64,000 nt of DNA from Mobula hypostoma (Eukaryota), in assembly GCF_963921235.1 (NCBI RefSeq), contig NC_086097.1:153886001-153950000 (forward strand). Direction: 5' to 3'. The notes below the pieces were generated by a model. It saw only the letters and a program-made list of their open reading frames with translations, searched no databases and was not told the origin of the DNA. The translations under genes and the position numbers were made by a program. This document shows, in pieces, positions 12,500 through 25,723 of the stretch (positions are counted from its first letter, which is position 1; each line of letters starts with the position of its first letter).

Positions 12500-13230
12500 A
12501 TTGAAAGTTTGAAGTAAATTTATTATGGAAGTATGTATATGTCACCATATACGACTCTGAGGTACGTTTTCTTGTGGACATACTCAGTGAATCAAAAAAC
12601 CATATTAGAGTCAATGGAAGACCACACCCATCAGGATGAACAACCAATGTAAAAAAGACAGCAAATTGTGCAAATACAGAAGAGAGAAAAATAAAAATAA
12701 ATAAATAAGCAATAAATATCAAGAATGTGAGATGAAAAGTCCTTGAAAGTGAGTTCACAGGTTGCGGAAACATTTCAGTATCTGTGCAAATGAAGTTGAG
12801 TGAAGTTACCCCCTTCGGTTCAAGAGCCTGATGGTTGAGAGTTAATAACTCTTCCTGAACCTGGTAGTGTCAGTCCTGAGCCTCCTGTACCTTCTTCCTG
12901 ATAGCAGCAGCAAGAAGACAGCATGACCTGGATGGTGGGGGGTCTTGATGATAGATGCCGCTTTCCAGCAACTGCGTTCTATGTAGATGTGCTCAATGGA
13001 TGGGGAGGCTTTACCTGTGCTGGATTGGACTGTATCCAATATCTTTTGTAGGATTTCCAATTCAAGGCATTGGCATTTCCATACCAGGCTGTAATGCAAC
13101 CAGTCAACATACACTCCATCACACACCAATAGAAGTTTGTCAAAGTATTAGATGTCGTGATGAATTTTTGCAAACTTCTAAGGAAATAGAGGTGCTGTTG
13201 TGCTTTCTTCATAACAGCACTTATGTGTGA
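12500..13230 (-). mobile_element. Rex1/Babar LINE 3' fragment
   Basis: KKAQQHLYFLRSL..., KAASIIKTPHHPGHAVFLLLLSGRRYR, then the family 3' UTR. Confidence 0.88.
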
Positions 13231-13669
13231 TTATATTGCACTTATGTTTAATAACATGTTAGCCTCAGGAATGATAAGCATGAAACTACCAGATTGTTTT
13301 GGAAACCTATAAATGTCCTTCATGGAATAATTCAGTTACCTTGATTATCTTGCTAATATATGATTCCAATCCTATCAATGTGATTGTCTCTTGATTGCCT
13401 TCTTAGTTCCAAGGAAATTAGGGGCGGACAGTAATCTCTGGCATGTTTTTGACATGCAAATCTCATTCAATTTTATTTTTCTAAATCTACCACATCCCTG
13501 AAAAACCAGCTGTGTATTCTCCCTGATATTTAGTTATCTATTCTGAGCTGAAGATGCCAGAATTGTACATAATTATACAGTTTAGAAGCAACCAGAGAAT
13601 AGTAAAAGCTTAGTAATGTTTCTTTGATTTTGCATAGAATACCCTGACCAGCAATACTCAGTATATACT

Positions 13670-14040
13670 CAGTCAACCCCATAATGGGCACTAGCTTCCA
13701 CAGCACCCAGGACACCTTCAAGAAGTGATACCTCAAAAAGGCAGTATCCATCATTAAGGACCACAGCACCCAGGACATCCTCGCTTCTCATTGATACCAT
13801 CAAGCAGAAGGTACAGGAGCTGAGAGCACACACTCAATGATTCATGAACAGCTTCTTTCCCTCTGCAATCAGATTTCTGAATGGACATTGAACCCATGAA
13901 CACTGCCTCACTACTTACTGAAGTTAACATACATATATTTATCTATTTATCTATTATTGTTTTGAATCGTAAGGGTACTGCTGCTGCATAACAACAAATT
14001 TGACAACATAGGCCAGTGATATTAAACCAGATCTTGATTC
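13670..14040 (+). mobile_element. Rex1/Babar LINE 3' fragment
   Basis: aaggcagtatccatcattaaggac...aggtacaggagc and the tail attaaaccagatcttgattctg, similar to 30553-31335. Confidence 0.7.
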
Positions 14041-17000
14041 TGTAACAGATATATTTTTCTTTAATCATTTTATCTTCCTGCACGGCCAAAGATATGTGCG
14101 TTTCCAGCTCTAGCTTCTGCTATGATTGCCCCTATTAAAAATATGATTTTGATTATACTTATTGGTCATGTTAATTCTGGCAGAGTGCATCATTTATAGC
14201 ACATCCAGAAAATATAACACAAGGGATTCTGCAGATGCTGGAAATCTTGAGAAGCACACTCAAAATGCTGGAGGAACTCAGCAAGTCAAGCATCATCTAT
14301 GGAGGGGAATAAATAGTTGAAAGGTCTCTGCCTGACACATTGACTTCTTATTCCCATCCATAGATGTTGTCTGACTTGAGTGTTGCACAAAATGTTTGGT
14401 CTGCTGTATGTCTATAGAGTTTTTCAACCTGACTTGTGGGTATTTTGATCATTAATATTGTATGGTCTACAAACTTCAAGAGGTCCCGTGTTGAGGTATT
14501 TATATTTAACGAAGGAAGTCTTAGATGACAATATCTGAGAATTCAACTATATATTGTTCTCCAGTCAGAAAAGTACCAGTGCACTCTCATAGCTTTGAAC
14601 AATTTCATATCCAGTTGACTGCACCTTTCCTACTTATTGTCTGAAAATATATTTTAAGACAATTTAGTAAATTCCTTTTAAAAGTACCTGGCTGGAAAAT
14701 TGTTGATGCATATTGTCATATCAGTTCCAATGTGGCAATAGGGTCATGTGGGTACTCTTATAGTGAGAGTCACATCATCTTGGTGGTTGACGATCTAATC
14801 TATGCAATATTCATATTTCCCAGAATTAAGCAGAGCAGGCAGATTAAGACAACTTCCCCATCTCTTCAACCCTACAATGCCCTATAAAACAATGAGGAAT
14901 ACTTCACATTCTTCAGCTGTTCAGTCTTCTCATAATCAGCCGACCCCTACTTTGTGATGATTTAACCAAAATCAATTGTTTTACCTCCTGTTCTTTCCAG
15001 TCTCAGCAATATCCTGCTTGGGCATTATTCTGCCTTAGCTTCTTAATGAAAATGTAAAAAACATATACTTTTGTGTTGGTGATATCAGGCCAATAGTGCT
15101 TCTCAGTTGGCTATCTTATATTTCTTCTTCTTGCACTAATGAAAAGGAAACATTCATTAGCACTTTATGCATATAAAGAATGGAAATTGTTGGTTAAACT
15201 TGTTCATTCTTGCTTTTTGCCAAGGACTGATCAGAACCACTAATGGCAAAAAAAAATCACCTGTTATACGCTAGCCATTTGTCATCCTCTATGACTATTT
15301 TATGTAAATATTCAAGCAGCTACTGTTTTGAAGACCACATTCTTTTACATTTTTTCTCTATTATTGAAATATAATTAATAGAATACATATAAGACATTAA
15401 ACGATGGTAATAAATGTTTGAAGAACACAAAAGCACATCTTTAAATTAGAAATGCAAAATGACATTGCTCTCCTTCACCCCAGTTCCTTCAGTTATTGTA
15501 AAGAAAGATCTTGAAGAAACTAACAGATGCTGACCACAATGGTCCCAGTTCCTATACTTGGTCTCTGTTGAGTTGACTGTCATATAACTCAACGCAAACC
15601 TGTGCTGCGAGAAATGAGAAAAATTATTAAAGTTCACGCTCCTGTGTGAAATTATCAGCGTTGGCACTGTGGTGGGGCTCTGGCTGCTGTAGCAAATGTT
15701 CATATGCTCAAGGTTCATTGCAGTAAACTGAATATAAAATCTTGATTGACATTCCATCATACGCAAAACTGCCAGTGGTGCTGCCCTACCAATGAAAGGT
15801 TAAACTGAAGCCTTCCCCTCTCTCTGAAGTGTTTTTGAATGATCACATTACTGTTTCAAAGAAAAGCAGCAGAGATTGCCAATAATGATGAGACATCTTC
15901 CCATTGCTGATTATAAGACCTTACTGTGTAAAGACTAGCTACCATGTTTCTTACTTTATAAAATGACTTCAATAGCTTTAATGTATTTTGTTACATCCTG
16001 ACAATATGGGGGCAAGGTAATTAAATGCATGGTGTATATCATTATGCTCATATATGCAATCAAGAAAAAAAGCAAGAGAATATTTTCAGAAGAATTCTGT
16101 TTATTTCACATATTACTCTGCCAACTTTGCATGTCAGTCACCTTACATTAGAAATCCACTTGTACATTACAGTGGCAAGAATGAATACAAATAAATGAAT
16201 GAATAAGGAGGTTGTGAAAAAGGTAATAAGGCTATCCAATACAGTCTAAGTTAGTAAACTTATGATTAATTACAGCAATGGAGCAAAATGTCAACTCCAG
16301 ATATTGCATTTCTTTGTGTCACTTTTAGCCCTTCTGTTCTTGTGTAGAACAAATAATCATGTTTTTTAATATTTTGAATTTGTTGGTGAGGGCAGAGGTA
16401 CATTGTATTGATGGGATGATTGGTACACCAAAAGAACGGTGAGTTTTTACTGTTGCCAGTTACAACTAGACTTAAGTGAATTTGAGGGATTGCTTGTAAA
16501 GGTGAATCTACAATGGACATGAGTCTTAATCATGGAAAGGGAAGAATATGTTTAGCTGTTATACTAGAAGTGGGATTCAAAGGGTGCTAGCAAATGGGGT
16601 AATAAAAATGGCTTTCTTAAACTAAAATGTGAATGAATACAGGAAAACCCTTTGTTGGCCAAAACCATTACCTTTGAGCTGATGTCAGATTTCAGGAACA
16701 GCTAAATGGTACATGTATTTTTTTCCCTCTTCTGCTTGTTTGATCTCATTTCATGCAGTAGACAATTGTCCCAATGAATCTGTGTTACTCCTGAACCCTC
16801 TATTAAGGAAATAGTTGAGGCCATTATCAATTTACTCAGTGCATAGTCTATTTAAAGAAGAAAAGAAAAACAAAATAAATGCAGGGTCACTTTTCCAGAT
16901 AGTTAATGCGATCTGGAACAATGCTAAGGACAGGTGTGATTGTGCAGCTGAGATTTGCTAACTATTTATCAAAGACAAGCAGAAGAATAAAAATGCTAGG

Positions 17001-17427
17001 AGTGACCGCTCACAGTACTTCCCGCACAACCACAAAGAATGTCACACTTGCTCTTTCATTTTGTGTAAAGTATCCAGGCAGAAATACAGATTTAAAAGTG
17101 TATGACCTAAACTTGGAGAATTTGATATTGCGCGAAGACATTGACAACTCATTACAGTGAAGGTCAAAATATTGAGTTGTCAACATCATCACTCAAAATC
17201 AGGTTGTCTCTAAAGGGTCTCGGCCTGAAACGTCGACTGCGCCTCTTCCTATAGATGCTGCTTGGCCTGCTGCGTTCACCAGCAACTTTGATGTATGTTA
17301 CATTTTTTCTTAATTGCTTTTATTATCCATTACGTTAAAACATTTAATTTGCATATTTTGCTTTAAAACTCAACAAAAACGTTATTATTATTTTGCATGC
17401 TTCTTAAAATATTGTTAATACCAACAT

Positions 17428-17648
17428 TGAAAGTTCAAAGGAAATTTATTATCAAAGTATACATATATCACCATATACAACCTTAAGATTCATTTTCTTG
17501 CAGATATGCTCAATAAAATCCAATAACCATAATAGAATCAATGAAAGACCACACCAGCAGGGTGGATAACCAATGTGTAAATACAAAAGGAAAATAAAAG
17601 AAAGAATAACAACAACTACAACAATAATAGTAATAATAATAATAAATA
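17428..17648 (-). mobile_element. Rex1/Babar 3' UTR, left half of a copy split by the R4 LINE
   Basis: Family 3' UTR ending in (aat)n; the sequence resumes at 26236. Confidence 0.8.
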
Positions 17649-20600
17649 GCAGCAGCACTGAAACCAGTAGTGGCACCAGAACCAGGAGCAGCCAGCAGCA
17701 GCAGCACCACCATGGATGGGATGAGACAACAGTGCCTGCATCTGGCAGCGGGAGGCAGAGTTTGGAGAACTTGTCAGGCGGTGAACCATTCAGCCGCATA
17801 GACTCGGAGAACGGGTGAGGAGCCAGGACTCAGTTTCGGGGAGAAGACATCCACAAATGATAAAATCAGCTGCACCCTCCTCCCCCCAGTCCCGAAACAA
17901 ATCCAGACACGTCTGTACCCGGATTGGGTGGTGCTCGGGTCAGCCTCTGTTCTCCATGTTAGGGGCAGCTGAAACTAAAACCTGGCTGTAGGTATAAAAA
18001 GCAATACCTTTTCACTTGAGAAATGGAGAGATGTCTATGGAACTAAGTGATATGGCCACTGCCTGGGGATTGCCAGGTCATGCTTGGAGCTAGTACAGGA
18101 CATGACAGTAAGCAAGCCACCGATGGTGCACTGCTGAATAGGCGGGCGGGCAACAGGAAACCCAAAAAAAGATACTGTCTGCACTCAAAATAGCCCATCA
18201 ACAGCACAGGCTGTGCCTGCTGCTGGTGTTTCTCAGCAGAGCAGTCGACTTACAACTGAGACCACTCAAGCAGTTAAGAGAAGAAAGACACGTGTGAAAT
18301 GGTCGTTAGAAGTAAACACATTTATAATGTGTGTATGTTACTGAGTAATGGAACTTAAGACTGACACGAGAGGATACAGGGACAGACTTCATTAGCAGTT
18401 TATAGCGCAACATCCCTCCATGCAAGTAAATGCACAACGAATAGCAGGTCAACATAGAGTGACAGCGAAAAAAAAACTTAATCCTTACAGACATGTTAAA
18501 TTAAATAAAACATAAAGTTGCACAAGATGTTAGAAAGAAACCAACGTAAAGACCACAACAATACTATGAAAGAAACACACCAAAGTGCTGATGAAAATAC
18601 AATTATTTCAATTGCTTCACAATCAGACGTTAACAGTAACAACACAGTTTCAGAGCCTCCACAGAATGCTGATGACAAACTCAGCTCATAGACAAGATTA
18701 TCCTAATATTTAACACCACACTAACAGAATATATGGGCATTGACCCAACAAAAAGACTCTACATACCAAAACAAAATACTTCATTAAAATTTGCAAAAAT
18801 TGTTAATACTCTCAAAAATATTATATTACCACAACAGTTAAGAAAACTTGAAGCATTTGAAGAACTACACACATTAACATACTGTGCAGCATTAACAGCA
18901 ATGCAGTGCAATGGCTCCAAAATAAAGGCACTCATTAATAGAAGCTCAAAACTGAGTAATGAGATGAGAATGCTGAAACTGTAGAAGAGATTAAAAAACA
19001 AAATTGTAAACTAAAGAGCAGAAATAGGCTGCCTAATGGAGTATAAACAAGATAACATGGGCAAGAAAGTTAAGAGAAAAGCTAAGGCAATACTGTGGAA
19101 ATACAAGATACGATCAGCCTAACAAAAGCATGATAATGTTTATAGATGCAATAAAACAAAAGCTTGGTGTATACAAAGCCAGACTAAATAGATACACGAA
19201 ATGCACCAAAGAAGACAGAATTATCAGTTCAGAAACAATGATGAAGGTTTATATAGGACATTGAAACTAAATTTGATGCACCAAAATGTCACCAACCCCA
19301 GCACAGAATGACTAACAAACACAGAGATAATGAACTTTAGGTCTAATACCTGGTCAAACGGGATGATACACAATCAAGAACCAAACAAGATTAGGGAGGG
19401 GGGAAAAAACGCACACACGCGACTGAAGAAATGCAAACACTTGAAGTTACAATGGATATGTTGAAAGAGGTTATAAAAATACCCACAAATAAAAAAGTAC
19501 TGGAAGTGATAATATTCATAATTATTGGAACTTGCCTTCATTTGTACCTATTATTCCATATCAACAACTTCCTTAAAAATTCTGAAAAAGTGCCTGAATT
19601 TTTGAAAGAACATAAAACATGTCTTTTACTTGGAGGAGGAATCAAAATATCGTCCTATTACAGGCTTACAAACTATACATAAAATCGTAACATCATGTAT
19701 CTCATAACAAATCACCACTCTCTTACATAACCACAATATATTTACAGAAGAGCAGGGAGGATGCCATAAGGGTATCAAAGGATGGAAAGCACAACTGATA
19801 ATAGATTCTGTAATTCTAAATCAAGCCTGGCAGAAAAGCAGAAATTGTTCATGTTGCTACATTGACTACCAAAAGGCATTTTGCTCTATCCCACTTAATT
19901 GTATATAAATTCTTATTGTATATAAATTATACCCAATACTTGCTAAATTCCTGCAACACTTGATGAAGCATTGGCATGCCATAATCATTGTACCTACTTA
20001 CAATCAAACAAGAACCACCACTGTTGTCAAGATAAACTGAGGCATTTTGCAAGGTGACTCTCTAAATCTACATTTTTTTTGTCTAACTTTAAACCCGCTC
20101 TCTAATTTATTGAATTGGACTAAAATTGGGTATCAAATTAAAACAACAAAATGAGCTGTACCTTAACACACCACTTATATATGGATGATTTGAAAACATA
20201 TGCTCCTTCATCAGTTAAGCTAAAACAATTCAAATAATAGAACTATTTTCAAAAGATATGAACATGAACTTTGGCCTGGCTAAATGCAGAACATTAAATA
20301 TGGTTGTGGTGCGTGTCCATCACGACTGATGAGGACCAGTGAGATCCTTAAGTGGGTGTGTTTATTATTTGTGTGTCCAGAAGTGACTGATGACTCCAAT
20401 CTGGACTAGGAAGTACCTCCCACACATGGGCAAGTGTGTGAAGGATTCTGTAGTTGAGGTGCCTGCTGCTTGTTCTTTCCACTGTTTCCTTTTACTTCAG
20501 CATTGTGATTCTTTTCAGCTTTGGTGGCACCTTTATTGAGAAGGCTGCACCACCATGAACAATTCAAGGCTGTATGTTCCCAAGAAGCGTGATTGATCTC

Positions 20601-22277
20601 AAGGGCCTTGAGCAAAATCTTGAGCGTGATCTTGAATCGTTTTCACTGACCACGGTAAGAACACTTCTCTGTGGACAGTTCCCTGAAGAACAACTGCCTG
20701 GGGAAGCAATCGTCTGACATCTTGACGACATGGCCTGTCCATCTGACTTGATGTTTCTTCAGCAATGTGTGGATTGTGGACATGTCTACTGTAGACAGCA
20801 CTTCCATATCAGAAATTCTGTCTTACCGATTGACTTCCTTGATCTTCTGTAGGTGTGACAAGTGGAAGTGGTTCAGTCTGCATGCATATTTCATGTACAC
20901 TGTTCACGTTTCACATGTGGAAAAGAGGGTGGGTACAATGACATCACAGTAGACTTCCAGCTGGGTCAGAGTAGTTCGCCTTCACCCCCAGACTGTGTCA
21001 CATAGTCTCCCAAAACTGGCACTAGCCTTGGTGATCCTGCATCTGACCTTGTCGTCAATGTGAACTGATCTTCAGAGGGTGCTGCCAAGAGACGTGAATC
21101 TGTTAACTGCCTGGAGCTGCTGGGCATTCACTGAGATGGATCGCTCCTCATAGGGTTGATCTGGGGCTGCTTGGTGCATGACTTCCTTCTTCTTGGTACT
21201 GATGGAGAGACCAAGGTTCTCAAATACAGTGGAAAATTTGTTGATGATGTCCTGCATGTTGGACTCGGAGCTTGCATTGAGAGTACAGTCGTCAGCGAAT
21301 AGGAAATCTCTCAGTACCGTCTCTTTGACGTTAGGAACGGCTTAAAACCTGCACAGGCTGAACAGCTTGCCATTCATCCTGTATTTGATGTGGATTCCAG
21401 GATCGCTGCCCCAGAATGCATCTGTCAACATTGCACTGAACATCACGCTGAAGAGGATGGGCGCCAGTGCGTATCCCTGCTTGTCCCCATTTGTGACTGA
21501 GAAAGAAACAGAATAGTCACCAACATCAAGCACACTGACATCCTGTCATGAAACTGCTTGACAATGGTGATGAATCTGCCAGGGTGACCAAATTTTGCCA
21601 TGATCTTCCATAATCCCTCTCACCTCACGGTGTCGAAGACCTTGGTAAGATCGAGAAACGTGGTGTAGAGCAGTCTGTTCTGCTCTTGGCATTTTTCCTA
21701 GAGTTGTCTCAGAGCAAAGATCATGTTGATAGTTCCTCTTCCTTTCCAGAAGCTACACTGATTTTCCCGGAGATGACTTCATTCCTGATGAGCATTTAGT
21801 CTGTTTAGCAGGATGCTGAAGAAGATTTTCCCAGCTACAGAGAGCAAAGAGATGCCTCAGTAGTTGCTGCATGCTTGGCAGTTTCCCTTCCTCTAGTACA
21901 GGTGTACAATGGATGCATATTCCATTTCTTGCAGAATCTGACCCTTCTCCCAGAAGGACTGGAAGAGCTCCATTAGTTTGCCGGTGATGAGTGAACGACC
22001 TGTTTTGCAGACCTCCGCTGGTATATCATCTGCTCCAGAAGCCTTGCCACTTGACAAATAGCCGATTGCTTTCTCGACTTCCTCTTCTTGAGGAAGACAG
22101 TCCATCTCATGGTTGATGTCCACATGATTGAGACGATCAATTGCTTTTTCATTTATGGTGGATCATCTGTTCAGCACAGATTCAAAATGCTCTGCCATCT
22201 GTCCAGAATGTTGGCCTTCTCAGTGATGAGTGAGGTGCCATCTGCACATAGGAGGCGTGAAATCCCAGAAGAGTGAG

Positions 22278-22880
22278 ATTCCTAAGGTTGTCACAGCCAG
22301 GGGTGTTAGTGGGGATAAGCTCCTACTACCTATAAAGTGCTCCAAATGGCGGGTGACCCTAACAGCCTCTGACAACCAAGTCCAACTCTTGGTCTCCAGG
22401 TGTGGCTTAGCTACTAGGCCCAGCGGAACTGTTTCTACTGCTACGAGCAGGGGCAAAGGCAGAACACTGGTGCCTCAAAACCGGTTGCTTCAGGCAGGTG
22501 GGGCTCATCAGCCTTGGACAGCAGCCCACCTGAGAGAAGAAAAACTCTGATTATAGACTTCTGCTACCTTGCAACCATACCCACCAATGGGAAAGGCTTC
22601 AGGAGTAAACCCCAAGGAAGAAATCAAGAGCCAGGATCCCTAAGGCAGTTTGATGTTGTTTACAACTTCACTCTGCCAGCCTCTGTGATGACACTGGTGC
22701 CAAGATGAGTAGACACTTGCACTTCCCTTGGACTACATCAGTGACGTGGAGAGGGGGAACCCACTGCATGGGCAACAGCCAGTTCTTCAAATCTTCCCAC
22801 GCAGTTTGCACCCTGGAGAGGGCACAGTCCACCAGAGGCACAATCCCATGATCCCTTGGGATCGATGGCTGCCTACTACT
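22278..22880 (+). mobile_element. ~600-bp non-autonomous RTE-related retroposon nested in the RTE ORF
   Basis: Interrupts VYGPQ|SSG of the host RTE, ends in (cta)n, flanked by agtgag / actgag. Confidence 0.7.
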
Positions 22881-24687
22881 ACTGAGGGCCGTACAGTATT
22901 TTGATAGCATTAAAGAATCTCCTCGAGTCACGTCTACAAGCGTAGACCTGAATCTCGTCAGTTTTTTTTGCAGAGCCAAGAAACATGCATCTTTCCAAAT
23001 GCAGGAAGGACCATTCTGATAGGCTCTGTACAGCCTGTGCCTTTCCTGTAGGACAGCTTTTATCTTCTCATCATTCTCTTCGAACCAGTCTTGGTTCTTC
23101 CTTGCTGTATGGCTGAGGACCTCAGAGGAGGCAGAATGAACACGATCTTTGAAAGCAGCCCAGTCGTCTTCTCCATCCCCTCCAAGACCAACATTGGAGA
23201 ACTGTCACTCCAGGCTTTTAACCAGGTGGTCTGCAGTAGTACCTGATTTCAGCTTGCTGATGTTGAGCTTTCTGGGCAAATTTCCTTGCCCGTGGATGTC
23301 TTTTGGGTTGAATGTGGACCTTAAGTTTGGAAACGATCAGACAGTGGTCTGTCCAGCAGTCTGCGCCACACATTGCTTTTGTTACTCTGACATCACGTCT
23401 GTCACACCTTCTGGTGATCACACAGTCAGTCAGATACCAGTGCTTAGGGCGAGGATGCAAAAAGATATCTTGTTATGGTTTGGCAGAGGAAGAGCGTGTT
23501 GGTAATGATCAGGTCATGCATGACACAGGTTTGCAGAAGGAGTTGCTGCTGCACTTGCCTACCCCATAGTGCCCTAGGACTCCATCCCAGGTATTGTGGT
23601 CTCTTCCCACTCAAGTGTTCAAATCTCCATGGACAAGGAGCTTGTCTGACCTTGGTACAGCATAATCAGCGTATCAAGCTCTCCATAGAAGTTGAATTTG
23701 GCTTCCTCTGGGTTGGTCATCACTGGGCCATAGGCGCTGATCACTGTGATGTTGCGTTTGTTCCTCAGGGGTAGTTGCACGGTCATTAGGTCATCGTTGA
23801 ATCCTTTTGGCAGACTGATCAGCTTTCGGACAGGGTGGTTCTTGATAGCAAGTCCGACTCTTGCTCTGCGACGTTTGGTGCTGCTGTGTCCACTCCACAA
23901 GAATGTGTAGCTGCCATCTGCTTCTGTCAGTTGGCCTTCGTCTGCCAGGTGAGTCTCAGAGAGAGCTGCGATGTTAATCTTGTACCTCTCCAGTTCCCTT
24001 GTCACCAAAACAGTTCTTCTCTCTGGTCTGTCAGACCTGCTGTTGTCCATTAAGGTTCACGTGTGCCAGCTGCCGATTCTGAGAGGCGTTACTTTAGTTC
24101 GATTTCTTTGATTTCAACTGCTGAAGTGGGACCCCTGCCAGCTGTGGTTTGCTGACCAGGGTTTAGTCAAGTAGATAATGTTTAACACACTGTTTCTAGC
24201 CCCTTCCTCGTACAGTGTGGTCTTGGAGAGGCCTGCTATCTCACTCAGGTGGCTATCAAGTTCCGCCTCTACGCCTGCCAGTAAAAAACAACACATTGGC
24301 CTGAGCCACCTGTGTGCTGGTCCAGGGGTGCAGCTTCCAGTGTATCCTCACCTGCTGCTTTGTTACTCGCCCATCATCTCAAGACTTGGATTTAGATGTC
24401 ATGACTTGTGTGTGAATTTGATTAAAGTGAGGGTGAGTTGCACAGGTAATCAAACTCACTCTCTCTTCCTAGTCTATCTGGATTCAGTGGCAAGACGACA
24501 GTTAAGATGACTAGAAGTAGGTCAGGATGCAGTGGATGACCAGGGTGATCTATGTTCTTGCAGTGCTCTTCCTGCCCATTGAACCAGCTGGAGGTTTCCT
24601 CCACGCAGTCCGCTGAATCCAGTCTTCACATGCTTTGGGTAGACAAGCCCAAAGTTACTGAGGGTTCAAAGTAAATCCCAATGGCTA

Positions 24688-24882
24688 CTCTCACCTGTTT
24701 TGGCCAGCCTGTTGAAGCCATTGCCCGGGATGTGGCCACTGTCACATGCGAACAGCTTACTTGGAGCCATAGGTGAGAGCTGAGTGCCGGGTGAGTACCA
24801 AAGGACAATAACCTACCTCAGAATGTATGGCAGGTCTTCACACCAGAGGTCTACCCCCCACCACCTGACACGTAAACACCCC
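24688..24882 (-). ncRNA. HDV-like self-cleaving ribozyme at the RTE 5' terminus
   Basis: Minus strand: P1 ggggtgt/acatccc, P2 ctctcacctat/acaggtgagag, P3 ggc/gcc, L3 starting tcc with GG directly after P1', a P4 hairpin, J4/2 caaa. G1 is the element boundary. Confidence 0.75.
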
Positions 24883-25597
24883 ACATTAGACATAAAGAAA
24901 GGTGCAAAAGAGCTAATAAAATACAAAATGTCATAGCAGAATACAATACAACTGATGGATGAATATGTAACAGAACTGTATCTGGGATATCAACAAGGAA
25001 AGAAAATAGATCATTGTACAATAAAGGAAAGACTTTTGAAGGAACTTACCTCAAGGCTAAGAAAATCTGCCAATAGTAAAAATATAACAAAGGCAATTAA
25101 CACTTTTGCTATAAATTATATTAATGTATTCTTTTGGCATAATATCTTGGTCTGAAACTGATCTGGAAAATTTACAAAGAAAAATAAGAACTTAAATGAC
25201 GTACAGCATTTCAGAAAACATTAAATACATTCGAATGTGCTTAGATTAACACTAGGACAGAAGGGGGAAGAGGAATAACAGACATTAAAAATCTACACAA
25301 CAGTCAGATAAAACTTCTAAGGATATACTTTCATCAACGAAAACAGGAATTAACACTCCGTGCAAGCATCTGCAGTTCCAATAAGAAGAATACACCACTT
25401 GATTTAAATGAGACCACAACCCAGAAAAATGAAAACATCATCACTATTGAAGAAAAAGTTAAACAATGGAATAGCATGACTCTCCATGGAAGACACCCCC
25501 AAGATCTGGGCAGATTAGGTGTCAACAAGGAAGCATCGAACACCTGCCTCAGAGGTGGAGACCTCTTCCCAGAAACAGAAAGGTCCCTTGTGTTGCT

Positions 25598-25723
25598 AGC
25601 TCTTACTAGCTCTTTTATCAGTTAGTCCTGACGAAGGGTCTCGGCCTGAAACGTCGACTGTACCTCTTCCTAGAGATGCTGCCTGGCCTGCTGCGTTCAC
25701 CAGCAACTTTGATGTGTGTTGCT
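25598..25723 (+). mobile_element. Penelope pLTR fragment with intact minimal hammerhead (25623-25660)
   Basis: tagtc-CTGACGA-agg(gtctcgg)cct-GAAA-cg-TC-gactg, otherwise nearly identical to 8030-8148. Confidence 0.85.

Larger units (their letters stand above)
20302..24882 (-). mobile_element. Full-length RTE-clade LINE (decayed), nested in the R4 element
   Basis: APE motif RELERYKINIAALSETH...YTFLWSG...ISAYGP and RT motifs GKASGADDIPAE, FLDLTKVFDTV, VTNGDKQGYALAP, LFADD. Degenerate 11-bp TSD acattaaatat (20291-20301) / acattagacat (24883-24893). Confidence 0.92.

Noticed and set aside
15001..15053. Strong acceptor followed by SQQYPAWALFCLSFLMK
   Set aside because: Only a poor donor (AT|gtaaaa), and a phase-2 end that no downstream candidate accepts.
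17010..17040. cacagta...cacaaaga resembling a V(D)J recombination signal
   Set aside because: Both heptamer and nonamer deviate from consensus and there is no V, D or J segment nearby.
17107..17150. KLGEFDIARR resembling a kinase DFG motif
   Set aside because: No DFG, in-frame stops on both sides, and no other kinase motifs.
17649..17990. Possible HDV-like ribozyme in the R4 5' UTR
   Set aside because: Stems exist (agccagg/cctggct, tcagctgc/gcagctga) but they are simply nested, and I could not complete a consistent pseudoknot with J4/2.
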